From Eledone cirrhosa (Eukaryota), in the NCBI GenBank assembly GCA_964016885.1, contig OZ024745.1, positions 34,348,001 to 34,412,000 on the forward strand: a DNA stretch of 64,000 bases, written 5' to 3'. The notes under the pieces are model-generated. The model saw only the letters and a program-made list of their open reading frames with translations, was not told the origin of the DNA and searched no databases. Shown one piece after another: positions 28,372 through 42,871 of this stretch (within the stretch, counting starts at the first letter, position 1; each line of letters begins with the position of its first letter). Both the position numbers and the translations under genes were made by a program.

Positions 28372-28847
28372 TTGTTCTTTGAGTCTCAGTCATTGATATT
28401 ATTTAACTGGAAGGGCGGTGGATTGGCAGTATCAGTAGAGGGTCGGATGCCATGCTTTCCAGCATAGTTACGTCCCTTTACGATCTGAGTTCAAATCCTT
28501 TCATCCTTACGGGGTCGATAAAATAAAGTACCAGTAATGCACTGGGTAATTGCTGGCCTTGTGCCTAAAGTAGAGACAGTTATTTAACTGGAAAGTTTGT
28601 TGAAATGAATATCACGCCGCTACCTGCAGCCTCAGATATTCAGGACGTATCGGAGGGTTCTTGCTGGTCCCAGCAATCATACCTTTTGAAGTGTTCCAAA
28701 ACAGCGGGGCTGGACTAATCTTCTTTAACCATCCTTGGAAACTCTTTGAGATAGTACCTAGTGCGCCTATGACAATCGGGACGACCTTGACTTCATGGCA
28801 GTTCAAAATCCTTTTTAACTCCCACTTTAAGTCCTGGTACCGGTTAA
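28372..28847 (-). mobile_element. Short 3' copy of R4/Dong-like LINE interrupted by a SINE (28413-28579, +)
   Basis: RYQDLKWELKR..VVPIVIGALG; TSD TTATTTAACTGGAA 28399-28412 / 28580-28593. Confidence 0.85.
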
Positions 28848-28865
28848 TTATTATTATTATTATTA

Positions 28866-29953
28866 TTGTTCTTTGAGTCTCAGTCATTGATGTTAGTTAA
28901 CTGGAAAGTTTGTTGAAATGAATATCAACCCACTACCTGCAGCCTCAGATATTCATGACGTATCGGAGGGTTCTTGCTGTTTCCAGCAAGCATGCCTTTT
29001 GAAGCGTTCCAAAAAGCGTGGCGGGGACAATTTTCTTTAACCATCCCTGGAAACTTTTTGAGATAGTACCTAGTGCGCCTATGACAATCGGGACCACTTT
29101 GACTTCATGGCAGTTCCCAATCCTTTTTACCTCCCACTTTAAGTCCTGGTCTCGGTTAATTTTCTCCCTCTCCTTCTCTTGCACTCTCGTGTCGAATGGG
29201 CAGAACACATCCACAATCAGGCACGATCTTTTTTCTTTGTCCAAAACCACCAAATCAGGTCTATTGTGTTCCAGTTTCTTGTCCGTCTGTATCCCAAAAT
29301 CCCACAGCACCTTCACCTGATCGTTTTCTATCACCGCCTCTGGCTTATGCTCATACCACTTCTCAGAATGTGGTAAATTGTTTACTTTGCATAGGTGCCA
29401 GTGGATCACCCTGCCCATCACATCATGTCTCCAGCCCTTATAGTGAGTCTGGGCTCGGTGTTTACACTCGGATACAATGTGAGTCACAGTCTCCTCTCTC
29501 TCTCCACAGATCCTGCACATTGGGCTAGCCTCCTCCTTGTAAATATGGTGTTTCAACCACTTCGTTTTGAGGGCCTGCTCTTGCGCAGCCAATAACATTC
29601 CTTCTGTAGCCTTTTTAAGGTCTCCTCTTTTCAACTCGTTCCATGTCTCTGGATATCTGAATTCAGTTTTCTCAAAGAAGGTACTATGAAGGGATTTTTC
29701 ATGAAGGCTGCTCTTTCTCCTTGTTGTTATTTCCTCCTTGGACATCCCTTGGTCTATTGTTCTCTCCTTCAGTACAGTTCTGAGAATTGGCTCCTTACTA
29801 TCAGTCACGTATTTGTGTAGGTTGTTTTTCTCCATCTTAACGCAGTCCTCTATGCTGATAAGACCTCTTCCACCTTCAGATCTCCTTAAGTAGAGTCTAT
29901 CGACATCACTCCTCTTGTGGAACATGTTGTAGATAGTCAATAGATTCCTAGTC

Positions 29954-29955
<2 letters not shown>
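28866..29955 (-). mobile_element. 5'-truncated R4/Dong-like RLE non-LTR retrotransposon in (TAA)n
   Basis: RLYLRRSEGGRGL, CRICGEREETVTHIVSEC, RHD, RPDLVV, K..RDQDL, VVPIVIGALG; ORF open over the fragment. Confidence 0.9.
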
Positions 29956-30004
<49 letters not shown>

Positions 30005-30005
<1 letters not shown>

Positions 30006-31265
30006 AGCTGCATTTATCTTGCTTTATGTTCATACGAGTTATCACCAAGTCACAACCAGTGACCTCACGAGACAACAAAGTCCGCCATGTTCAAGAAAGA
30101 ACATACATACTCACACATGCATCATTAGGTGTTTAGACTTGTGATGTACTTATATTGACAGAATCTTCTTTAGTATATGGGCAGTTCCCATTAGTACTAT
30201 CTTTTGTATTTCTCCTATACGCGGGTTTCCTGAAATTTGCGATAAGTAATCATTAGACCCCTTAGGTATCATTCCTAGAGCACCTACAACTACTGGTATT
30301 GTTTTAGTTCTCAATTTCCACATTTTTCCAATTTCTATCTCCAGGTCCTTATACTTGCTCAATTTTTCAAATGTTTTTATAGATACATTCTTGTCTATTG
30401 GAACGGACATATCAATTAGCAGGCATACCCTCTTTTTAAAGTCCTTCAATATTAATATTATATCAGGTCTATTTGCATCTATTTTTCGGTCTGTTTGGAT
30501 GCTAAAGTTCCACAAGATTGAGATGTGATCTTTTTCAAGTATGGGAAGTGGTTGATGCTCCCACCAATTATTTTGATGGGACAGGTCAAAATGCTTACTC
30601 ATTATTCAATGTAGTATTGTGCAGCTCTGTCGTGCCTGTTTAGGTATTCGGTTGGAGCTATAGGACTCCACATTGAAATTATATGATCAATGGTCTCTGG
30701 TTGTTTTTTACATACACGGCATAATGGGTTGCATCCATTTTTTTTATTATGTTGGCTTGGTAATTTTTTGTCGGCAGAAACTGATCTTGTGCTGATATAA
30801 TCAGTTCTTCAGTCTCCGATTTCAGTCCAGAGGATGCCAAGCACTGATGGCTTAAAGTTTTGTCAACATCAGGATTGTTAGCTCTTTCTGGGTATTTTCA
30901 TACAGAGGCTTTTCTTGCCATTTCTTAGCCAGTTTCTGTAGCAGTTCTTTCTTTGCAGTTACTTTTACCTGCTTTGCTTTTTCTGTGTTTTCGATTTCAG
31001 CAGTAAATGGGACTTCTGAAATTTGTAGTCCATTATTGTATCTTTGTGCATCTTTTGTAATGGAATTTGATCTTTTGATGCTTTCGTGTTTCAAAACGAG
31101 TTTGATCATCCAATCATGTGATTCCCTTAGATATGTAGATAATCCAATTGTTACAGTTTTCAACGCAATATCTAACTGTATTAACCCACGTCCTCCTTCT
31201 TTCCTAGGGAGACATATTCTATCTGTATCTGCCTTAGGGTGATGCATTCTGTGCATGGTTAAGAA

Positions 31266-31270
<5 letters not shown>
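30005..31270 (-). mobile_element. Second R4/Dong-like RLE LINE (different family), frameshifted, in (TAA)n
   Basis: HPKADTDRICLPRKEGGRGL, RPDII, KLSKYKDL, PVVVGALG. Confidence 0.88.
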
Positions 31271-31317
<47 letters not shown>

Positions 31318-31546
31318 GGTTTCATGTCTCTATCTAATCTTTTTACCCTAAAATCGAGCCTCTCAAACAAGAATGGGCTTGGAAATCTTGGTTAATTTTT
31401 TTGTGAGATAAAAGAAAAAAAACAACAACACATTTTTTGAGGAAGATAGGAAATAATAATTCAGGTCAATTGATAGAAAATTTGTGATAGTTGTCGCTAC
31501 GAGAACGAGCCTTTTCACTGTGAATCCCATTAATAATAATAATAAT

Positions 31547-31901
31547 TGTTTCTACTTTTGGCACAAGGCCAGCAAATTAACCAGTACATTACTGGTACTT
31601 TATTTTATCGACCCCGTAAGGATGAAAGGCAAAGTGAACCTCGACGGGATTTGAACTCAGTCCGTAAAGGGATGTAACTGTGCTACAAAGCATGACGTCC
31701 GACAATAATAACAATAATTGTTTCTACTTTTGGCACAAGGCCAGCAATTATCCCAGTGTATTACTGGTACTTTATTTTATCGACCCCGTAAGGATGAAAG
31801 GCAAAGTTAACCTCGGCGGGATTTGAACTCAGATCATAAAGGGAGGTAACACTATGCTTCAAAGTATGCCGTCGGACCCTCTACCGATACTGCCAATCCA
31901 C
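31547..31901 (-). mobile_element. Two tandem SINE copies
   Basis: 31547-31703 and 31719-31901 match the SINE consensus. Confidence 0.85.
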
Positions 31902-31990
31902 AATAATAACAATAATAATATACTCGTACTCAAATCCTAATCTACTTAGTTAATATCCTTAAATACGGAGACACAGAAACACAAACCGCG

Positions 31991-32023
<33 letters not shown>

Positions 32024-32358
32024 GTACATATACACAAACACACTCATGGCAGGTAAAATAAGCATGGAACACCAGATTACATTTAGAGGAAATGACTTGT
32101 GTAGAGATTTAAGATTTTTCTAGCGTCATTTATCATGTCTAAGGAAGTATATCAACTGCAAATGGAAATATGTGATTTTCCTAAGCTTTGCAATGCATCA
32201 ATACATATAGTACTCACAAATGCGCGCTTACAAACACAAACGCTCGTTAATGTATATATATGTCTATATCTATATCTCTATATCTATCTATCTATCTATC
32301 TATTTCTCTCTCTCTCTCTCTCTCGATATAAATATATATATATATATATATATATTTA

Positions 32359-32406
<48 letters not shown>

Positions 32407-33731
32407 TGTATATGAAGATGCACCTAAATTGTGTTTGTTTTTTTAAATACATCAACATTCACATCGAGAAGAGATTTCAAATTTTCTACAGTCTGAAGAT
32501 ACTTTATTAGTAAAACGTTAAAGTCACCGATACACCTTTTTTTCCAAAATATACCTTGTCCTCAATTCATATGTTTTGAATTCTTAGTCAATTAATGTTT
32601 CAATTCTTGACAGTTCTATGTACGCTTGCACCTATCGGGCCGAAAAAGATAACGACATTCCATTGAAATACGTTATTCATTTCAGTTAATGACTCTTAAG
32701 GGTCGAGTGAAGATGCTATTAGATAACGTGATTTAATAACACATCAACAGTTGAATATATAATCAATGAAGTCCACTCCACTAAAAGACTGATTGAGGAG
32801 AATGCATTTAATAATAAGTTTAGAGGTTTTCGTATAGGTAATTATAAGTGTTAAGCTTCGAGAAGAATATTGAGAGATTTAGATTTAGTGGGCGAAATGT
32901 TGAAGTGCAAATGAAGTAACGAAATATTATAGATATAACTACAATACTTCATTGCGGAGTTTATTTTAGATTCTGTTTTCTAAAGGTCCAGTTCAGAATA
33001 TATTTTGTTTTGTTTGACATTTTGGTTTTAAAAATAGCTAGAGACTTGATAGTCTGTCTGTCTTCATATAGTTCTTCCTATCATAGAAATTCATTGAAAC
33101 TCATCACCCTATAATCCGCCATCTGTCACTCTACGTCAAATGAGAGATCAATAATAATAAACCATCAGCTAGTCACCAGGAAAGAGAAATTGCAAACATT
33201 TTTTTTTTAATATGTAGAAGTACTTTGAAGTAAGTTAAAGAGAAATATGAACGTGTTTAGCAAATGGGATTAACAAGTCTTATGATGAGAGGACGGTGTT
33301 GTGGTACTTGAGGAGTTGTGTAATGCTATGATATATGAGGTATATATATTTGTCCAGTATAGTCAGAAAAACTACTGATGGTAGGAAAGGAAAGTTATTA
33401 TTATTTTTTTAGAGTAAGTGATGTTAGACGTTGCTAAAAGTGAAGGAGAGCAATGACTGTGAGATATTGAAGAAAATACAGTCCAGTCAAGCAGAAATAC
33501 TTGTAAGTTGAGTAAGCTAGGTAGAGTTAAGCTGGTTATATTAATGAACTTATATAACAGAATTTCCATATATGGATATAGGAAGATTTATAAATGCATG
33601 CTTGCACAGTGTCGCAAACATATGCATAAATAAATTTATGTATATGTGACAAAAATACGAAATAGATATTTAATCCACAGATTATTATGTATTTGCATAT
33701 AACTTTGTATGCATATGTGTGCAACTTTATG

Positions 33732-33832
<101 letters not shown>

Positions 33833-33847
33833 CTATCTATCTATCTA

Positions 33848-33919
<72 letters not shown>

Positions 33920-34048
33920 TAGATAAATATATGTATATATATATGTATATATATATGTATATATATATACATATATATATATATATACACATATATATAT
34001 ATATATATATGTGTATATATATATATATGCAGAGAGAGAGAGAGGGGG

Positions 34049-34120
<72 letters not shown>

Positions 34121-34258
34121 CGACAGAGAGACGTATACACACACTTACACTGTCACGAATACACACAAGCACAGAATCGTACATCGTCAAACGATTGAGT
34201 ATGAAAGTTGGGTTGTGAGTACTCGATATATATAATTATTGTAAACAAATATTTGTTG

Positions 34259-34268
34259 GTGACGTCAC
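34259..34268. promoter_or_regulatory. Palindromic CRE (GTGACGTCAC), candidate only
   Basis: Full TGACGTCA in non-repetitive DNA, near GTAAACA (Fox) and TACGTG motifs. Confidence 0.25.
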
Positions 34269-34810
34269 GGGCGAAAATAATCCATTTTACGTGTGTGGAA
34301 CATACATGCTCAACTCTTTATAGAATCGCTTGTAATTGTTATGCTCATTAGATGTGACTCATATTATCAGAAAATCGGGACAGAAGATTTAAAATCACTG
34401 GTTCCTCTGTCATATATGCACAGGTTATAGAGCCATATTTCTATGATATATATAGCTCAAGGACTTTAGATGCCGCTTATATAGCCAGGCAATCAAGAGT
34501 GACGATTAAAAAGCGCCGGTTGATTTGTCTGTTCTGCGCGTAGATTGTTACTTTGCTACACGACATTGGGAATGATTTGGATTATTCAAACAATAGGTTT
34601 TTATTGTATTCCATTTTTGTATCACTTACAGATACCACCAAGCGAAGTATTTACGAAAAGCAGCATTCGATTTACGATTTATGTTCGTGGCAAAGGGTAA
34701 TATTATATACGCAAAGACACAAAAGGAGCGCGACTTATTACGAATATATACGTTACACAAACACACGCATACACACACACATACACACAGGCACACGCAC
34801 GCACACACAC

Positions 34811-34860
<50 letters not shown>

Positions 34861-35277
34861 ATGTGTGTGTGTGTGTGTGTATGTGTGTGTGTGTGTGTAT
34901 GTGTGTGTGAGTGAGTGTATGTGTATAATGTATGTATACACAGATTTATAGATAAACATGTTTACATAGATATTTGAATATGCATGAGAGCATAACTGCA
35001 CATCTCAATGGTTATAATATATATAATGTGAGTAGAAACGCCTTGATATGCTTACGCTCTCGTAAATGTGTTTCAAAACTCAAAGAAGAAACTATATATA
35101 ATTCGCTGTTATTTACGCCGTCGATGTTTAGTAAAGGATGTGTAGACATTGACATAATAAGCTGAATACTTCTGTCTCATTCTACATCGTTCACCAACAA
35201 ATCCTACCTGTTCCAATGTCAGCTATATATTTCATTGTTTCGGCGCCTATATCATATACCCCAATCTATATTATAAT

Positions 35278-35460
35278 TGTTTCTACTTTAGGCACAAGGC
35301 CAGCAATTACCCAGTGCATTACTGGTACTTTATTTTATTGACCCCGTAAGGATGAAAGGCAAAGTCAACCTCGGTGGGATTTGAACTCAGATCGTAAAGA
35401 GACGTAACTCTATGCTTGAAAGCATGGCGTCCGACCCTCTACCGATACTGCCAATCCACC
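35278..35460 (-). mobile_element. Full-length SINE with 14-bp TSD
   Basis: TSD ATCTATATTATAAT 35264-35277 / 35461-35474. Confidence 0.88.
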
Positions 35461-35652
35461 ATCTATATTATAATAACTCCACAACGTTTGTTCGTATACC
35501 TGAGAAATGATTTGTTAAAATCATTCTAAAATGCATTAAATTCTTTCAATCGGTCTTTCCCTCTATCGCTCTCCCCCCTCTCTTTCTTGCTTTCTTTCTC
35601 TCTTTCTCTCTCTCTTTTTCTCGGTCTCTCTCTGTCTCTCTCTCTACCCCCA

Positions 35653-35688
<36 letters not shown>

Positions 35689-35699
35689 ATCTCTCCCCC

Positions 35700-35753
<54 letters not shown>

Positions 35754-35957
35754 CAAAATAGGTACAAAATATATACTACTCAAATGTATGTGTAGAACTA
35801 TATATGCTAGTATATAATTGCCATAATTGCCAAAGAGCTTTAAAATAAGATCAAAGTTTTATATAATTCTCTAAATAATTCATAGTCTTATACTACTCTC
35901 GAGAGTTATGTAAGGTACAAAAAATTCTTTAAAACTAATTTTCCATCAATATTTTAG

Positions 35958-36000
<43 letters not shown>

Positions 36001-36005
<5 letters not shown>

Positions 36006-36256
36006 GAAGGATTTGTGGTAAGATACCAGATGAACCATAACGCACCAGAGTACTCAATACTTAGCGTAGTAGAGTGGGTAATAGCAAAATGTAAGAAATG
36101 TTGACCAATCCTCCTGACAACTACAATCTTCCCATATAAGGAAGTACCCCTTGAAAGGTTCGGCTATTTATTTACCAGGCTAAAAATTCTAATTTAGTCC
36201 AGAAATAGCCGTCGAAACGGCTTGAGCTCTGCCGCCGAGGTCATACATTTTCCTAT
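36001..36256. mobile_element. Family C element with complete variant hammerhead (36146-36241, +)
   Basis: ACCCC-TTGAAAG-GTTCGGCTATTT...AAATAGCCGTC-GAAACGGC-TTGAGCTCT-GCC-GCC(consensus GTC)-GAGGT(consensus GGGGT). Confidence 0.65.
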
Positions 36257-38004
36257 ATATATATACACACATATATAATAAGCAAACGTAACTCTTAGGA
36301 TTTGCTATAGAAACAGAATATTATTCATCCCATCGACAAAACAATGTCATGTGACTAAGAATTTGAATATATTTGCAGTTTCCAATGGAGGTTATTTTTT
36401 TATTTGATGTATGATCCTTATTCGTTTCGTGTTACACCATTTAATGGGAGAGTACCTTTGGAAAAAAAGATGTGTGTGCACGGGTGACCGTTTGATGGTG
36501 TGTGCCGACATTTGTGTATGTGTATGTGTCTGTACTTATTTGGCTGTGCATTGTATTGGTGTAATATAGGGTTTCACATATATCATTTCTGTGCTGGAGT
36601 TTAAACCAACCAGTGATGGGGTTTGGGTTCTCGTGCAACATTCAATCCTGTTGCATTGACTAAATCTTTCAATTAAATCTATTCCAGCACTTGATTTGTA
36701 CTTTATTATAACAAATCTGAATGAATCAGGTTGTACCCTCTATTAGGATTACGTGAAGTGTTTTAACATTGATTTATCGATTCGGGATATTTTTGTTGTA
36801 GGACCACCTTAGGTTCGACGATTTCTGTCTTAGTTATACGAACATCCTACTCGTGAAATTATTGTGTGACAGTGTGTGACGAAGCTGTCCCTTTGAATTA
36901 AATGTAGAACTAGTTTTTGCTAGCTCACTGGTTTGGAGCAACATGAAATAAAGTGTCTTGCTTTGGGACATTATGTATGACGTAAACATCGTTTGATAGC
37001 TAAGACAAAAAACATCAATGTTAAGAATTCTAAAGAGAAAATTTATTGATAAGTGACAAAGATGAATTAAAATCGCCTCAAAGTGATATTAATAGCAAGC
37101 AAAATTAGATAATCCATTGGAGCATTCATGTATTCATGGCAATAGTGGCAGTTTTCACGATATACGTTAACACTATTACAGAAATATACATAGATTTTAT
37201 GGCAGGTTGGTTCTGGAAAGCATGTTTCCATGTTTGTAAAGTATAAATTATATAATTGTGATATTTTCTGACAAAATTGAGATAACGAGAGTTGACATTT
37301 CAATAAATAAAATAAAAGACATATTATGTCTCAGCATTCTGAGAAAGTATTTAATATCAAAACAGAAGCACCAACAACATTAACAACTTTAACATCAAAA
37401 GTATATTTATAGAGGAAGTAAATATAAATAACCTCCTCTCTGTGTGTGTATGTGTGTGGGGGTGCATGCGTATGTGTCTGTGAGTTAGTATGCGCGCTAT
37501 ATATGTGTGAGTATATGTGTGTCTGTGCATATCTATGCGAACTGGAATAACACAATAATGTCCGATACACGAATAATTGTTTCTACATTTGGTACAAGGC
37601 CAGCAATTATCACAGTGCATTACTGGTACTTTATAAGCGCCATAACTCTACACTGCATAGAGTAAGGAAAGAGAAAGATTACCGTGACGTGATATGTACT
37701 CAGAACGTAGAGAAATGTTGTTTTATTTTATGATTAAACCTTTCTGAGCCGACCTATCGTCAGAAAACTGTTTTTCAATGAGCCTCTTGTTAGATAGAGT
37801 ACCTGGGACTACATTATAGAATGTCTTATTTCTTTTAAAACGAATTGGGTGCCATATAGTTAGTATATGAAACAGTAGGAGGGCTCTCGTAGAGGATCCA
37901 CTTTGGGCTCATTCCTTCTCACATGTCTCCAACAAGAGTTTATTTATAGGTTTTGGTTGTTCCTATATATATATATATATACACACACATATACATGCAT
38001 ATTA

Positions 38005-38142
<138 letters not shown>

Positions 38143-39084
38143 ACGTGTGTGTGTATGATTTAACACTTCTTCCTCTTAGTCCTTAACTACTGATGTATTT
38201 TTAAGGAGCGCCATCGTCATATTTGGGCATTTAAAATCTAGCGTAGCTTATCACACAGCCAGCTCTGAGGTGAGTTGATTTGTTCTGGTGTAAAAGAGAG
38301 GGACGAGAGCCAAAGGAAAGTGAGTTTCCCGAAGAATAGAATCGATCATAGCATTAGTACTTTATTTATCGACTTCGAAAGTAACCTCAAATCGATTTGA
38401 ACACAGCAAAGCATTCTAACCGACACTCTAACTTGTCTTCAAATTTACTGCCTTGATTTAACATGCATTGTGCTATTAATATATACTGTATTGTGATGCT
38501 CTTATGAAGATACTGTTTATAAAGTTGGCAAACATGAATCTGATTATGTATGATATGGTGGAGGCGTGAATTCAGAAAGGGAGCTTCAGCGGCAAAATAA
38601 CGTTGACAATTGTAATCATAACAACTGATGATAATTATAATAAATATAATGATGTTGTTGACGATCGTGATACCCTATTTATAAACAGGCTAACTACTTC
38701 CATCGATTTCTGATAATCTATATTGGGTGCTCTTTATAAATATAGTGCTGTTACAGTTTAGCCGTTGGGAAGTCTTGATCGAACAGACTTATGATAACAT
38801 ATATTATAGCCATAATCTTTCTGTCTTTTTTAGACAGGTAAAAATAAGATATGTTCCAGTGTGTTCTTTTCTAAGACAGTAAGCTATGACGTAAGGGTGA
38901 TTTGGTTGGTGTTTCTAGCTGGTCGTGTGATTGCACAGCGGTGTCCATCGTTGGCCCACGTGAACAATGCAGTTTTAAGGCATTGGTATATTGAGGGTGA
39001 AAGGCATAGGAGATTTGAATTATGTACATAAAAAATTAAAACTATATTGCCCCAACGACATTTAGGTTGCAACTCCACACACAC

Positions 39085-39113
<29 letters not shown>

Positions 39114-39119
<6 letters not shown>

Positions 39120-39282
39120 TGAGATTCTACAGGACTAGAACTGTTTCATTCATTAGAAATCATCAGGAATCATGAAACAGTTCTAGTCCTGTAGAATCTC
39201 ATCTATATTAAAACTGTTATACTCTGCTATGTATTGAGTACCTTACTTACTGTGGTTACCTCCGATTCAACCCGGAATAACG
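39114..39282. mobile_element. Family B fold-back element; full hammerhead on minus strand 39123-39171
   Basis: GATTC-CTGATGA-TTTCTAATGAAT-GAAACAG-TTCTAGTC-CTGTA-GAATC; arms 39114-39149 / 39172-39207. Confidence 0.85.
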
Positions 39283-39313
<31 letters not shown>

Positions 39314-39396
39314 ATAATAATAAATTTGAAGACTAAAATCCAAAGAGGGCTCGATAAGGATAAATATATATCAAATATATAAGAACCGTAGAGCAA

Positions 39397-39537
39397 ATAT
39401 TTATTAAAATAACAGATTAATGTTTAAGCAAAGAGTCGCTGCTTACGCCCTTAACGGGTTCTTCTGAAACAGTTTCAGAAGATTCCGTTAAGGGTGAAAG
39501 CAGCGATTCTTTGCTTAAACTTTAATCTGTTATTTTA

Positions 39538-39545
<8 letters not shown>
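39397..39545. repeat. ~74-bp-arm palindrome in (TA)n-flanked element
   Basis: Centre CTGAAAC-A-GTTTCAG at 39471. Confidence 0.85.
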
Positions 39546-39581
<36 letters not shown>

Positions 39582-40099
39582 GCGTGAGTGGAAAGTCAGT
39601 TTCAGTGACCACAGTAATAGATTGGTTGTTATTTTATCGATGGAAGGACAGAAGGATAATTGACCTTGTGGGATTTTTAACATATCAGGTTAAAGAACTG
39701 GAAAACACGTCGTTCGACGCCCAAACAATTTTGCCAATCAATCATCCTAAAACATTCTATTAAAATAAATAGAATGGAAGATTGCTTAAACGATTGACAG
39801 ACCAAATCCAGATGAACCCTAAACAAGAAAAACACTCTTTGGTACGAACAAAGGTTCTCCAAAACTGTTCAGTTTAGTATTAAAATATGAACTAACATTG
39901 CTGTTATTTTCTTCTTTATGGAAAGGTATCTCGAATACTAAATACCATCAACCTCCCCTTCCTGCTGTTACTACTGCAGCTTTTGCTAGTGATGCCACCC
40001 CGTCTCCTCCTCCTAATCCTCATCACCATCCTCCTCCTCCTCATCCTCCCCCTCATCATCATCACCAGCGTTGTTGTCTTTTCAGCATCGTCTTCCTAA

Positions 40100-40460
40100 T
40101 CAATATTACGATCATCATCATGATCAAGATCATCATCACCACCACCACCACCACCACCACCACCAACACCATCGTCATAAATATCACCAGCAACAGCAAC
40201 AACAACAAATTCTACATAATCATCACCCCCACCACCACCGCTCCCACAACCATCATACTGACTATCATACCCCATCCCCACCACCACCACCACCACCACC
40301 ACTCCCACTACCACTACCACTCCCACAACCATCACACTGACTATCATACCCCACCGCCACCACCACCACCACCACCACCACCACCACTCCCACTCACCAC
40401 TACCACTACCACTCCCACAACCATCATACTGACTATCATACCCCACCGCCACCAACATCA
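40100..40460. repeat. (CAC)n-rich minisatellite with 3 units of CTCCCACAACCATCATACTGACTATCATACCCC
   Basis: Direct repeats near 40241, 40320 and 40412. Confidence 0.8.
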
Positions 40461-40833
40461 GCGGCTGTAAAAGCAGTAACACCAGCCACAACAACAATCA
40501 TCACCATTATCACCAACATCATTATCATATTATCATGAAATGACAAATATTTATATTAGATTACAAAACTAGAGAAAGAAAAGAGAGTTAGGTGGGGAAA
40601 GTAAGTTAATATTGGAATTAATTAGAATTTAACGAATTTTACTGTCGGAATGTTTTTACTTGATGGCGATTAAAAGATATAGCATTATCATGAGGATTAC
40701 CATAGTATTTTATCGCATTACTTTTATCAATGTAGACATCACTATCAAGATTACCACCACCACCATCTTTACCATCGCCAACCTCCTCGTCATCCTTCTC
40801 CTTCTCCTCCACATCATTATCTTTATCATTAGT

Positions 40834-41263
40834 GGCGGTGAATTGGCAGAATCGGTAGAGGGTCGGACGCCATGCTTTGACGCATAGAGTTACGGCCCTT
40901 GCCATTCTGAGTTCAAATGCCACCGAGGTTAACTTAGCCTTTCATCCTTACGGGGTCGATAAAATAAGGTACCAGTAATGTACTGGATAAATTGCTGGCT
41001 TTGTGCCAATAGTAGAAACAATTATCTTTATCATTAGTATCACCTTTATCAAGGGCAGCGGATTGGTAGTATCGGTAGGGCGACGTACAACATGCTTTGC
41101 AGCATAGAGTTACGGCCCTTTATGATCTGAGTTCAAATCCCGCCGAGGTTACCTTTGCCTTTCATCCTTACGGGGGTTGATAAAATAAAGTACCAGTCAC
41201 GCATTGGGGTCGATTTAATCGACTTTCCCCTCCCCTGTTGGTCTTGTGCCGATATAAGACACC
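40834..41263 (+). mobile_element. Two SINEs (40834-41020 with 18-bp TSD; 41053-41263)
   Basis: TSD ATTATCTTTATCATTAGT 40816-40833 / 41021-41038. Confidence 0.88.
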
Positions 41264-41855
41264 ATTATCATCACCTTAATCATCATCATCATCGTCATCA
41301 CAACGAACATCATCATTATAATCATTATTAAAATCATCCTCATCATCAACATCCTCATCATCATCATCATCGCCACCAACACCATCATCATCTCCAGTCT
41401 TCCTCCACATCATCATCATCATTGTCATCACAATCATCACCATCATTGTCATCACATCAACATAATGTTTTTAAGAAGTGCTTCTTGACCAGTTAGTTAT
41501 ACGTTATATGTGCATTTATGTATGTGTTCATATGTGTACATACGTGTGTAGGCATGGGTCTGCGTGTACATGTGTGTGGGGGTGTACATGTTTATGGTAA
41601 AGGGGAGTGTCTTCGCCCCCCATCACAGAAATACATATATCTCTCATTTATGAAAAGAAATAAGTAAAGAAGACAGAGCAATTACGAACTGTAATTTCTA
41701 TAACAAATACTGAAATATTATTTGCAGAATAAAAGAATAAAAGAATAGAGGGGCAGCTTCATAGTTGTTCGACTTAATAGGGGTGGCACGAGGAAGTAGT
41801 AACGACTGGAATACTTTTGATCATTGGATCGTAGGTCTCATCGAACAAGGTTTAG

Positions 41856-42004
<149 letters not shown>

Positions 42005-42800
42005 GAGTGGTTTCCCGATGTGTGTCGAGTGGTTATAAAAGTTCCAAACCATTAAATACGTTGCTATGGTGTAGGCATCTTTATTTCATATTGGAATATC
42101 TACAGGACTAGAACTGTTTCATTCGTACATGTATATATACATATTCATTAGGGAGAGAAAGAGAGAGATAGGGATAGATACAGAAATAGGGAAAGAGGAC
42201 AAGCCAACGAAAGGTACTCTATGGGATCATGCGAGTTGTTAGAAATAGCAGCCAAATCCACATAATATTCAAACGTACCATGTTAAATGAAAATACATTA
42301 CATAATATGCACTTAGATGCTTAATGTTTGAAAATACGAAGGGATAGTTACAGTTGAAATGCTTTTGATTTTAGATATTGCTTCCAATAAGAATTATCAT
42401 GCTCAATAACAACAGTCAGTAGATATAGATCCATTTTCAAATCCAATAATATATGTGTATCTATATAACGGTTAAGGCCACCGTCGAACACGAATAATCA
42501 TGCTTTTTGCAACTAGAAAGTTGACCTCCGAGACATAAGAGTACAAGTGTCCTTTCTCGCCACACCACCGATGTCGTCAAAATCAATGGCAAAATCAATG
42601 GCAAAGGTCGAAATAGCTTGGCATCCATGACGTGGCTACTTATTTCTGCACCTCACTGAACTCGAACAATCTGAAATAACGTGGCTTGTTCTAAGATACA
42701 ACATATTGTCCGGTCTGGGAATCGAACTCCCAACCTCACGATGGTGAATCCAACTCTATTACCACTAAGACATATGTCTGCGCCCCCGCCATCCGCCCAC

Positions 42801-42839
<39 letters not shown>

Positions 42840-42840
42840 C

Positions 42841-42871
<31 letters not shown>

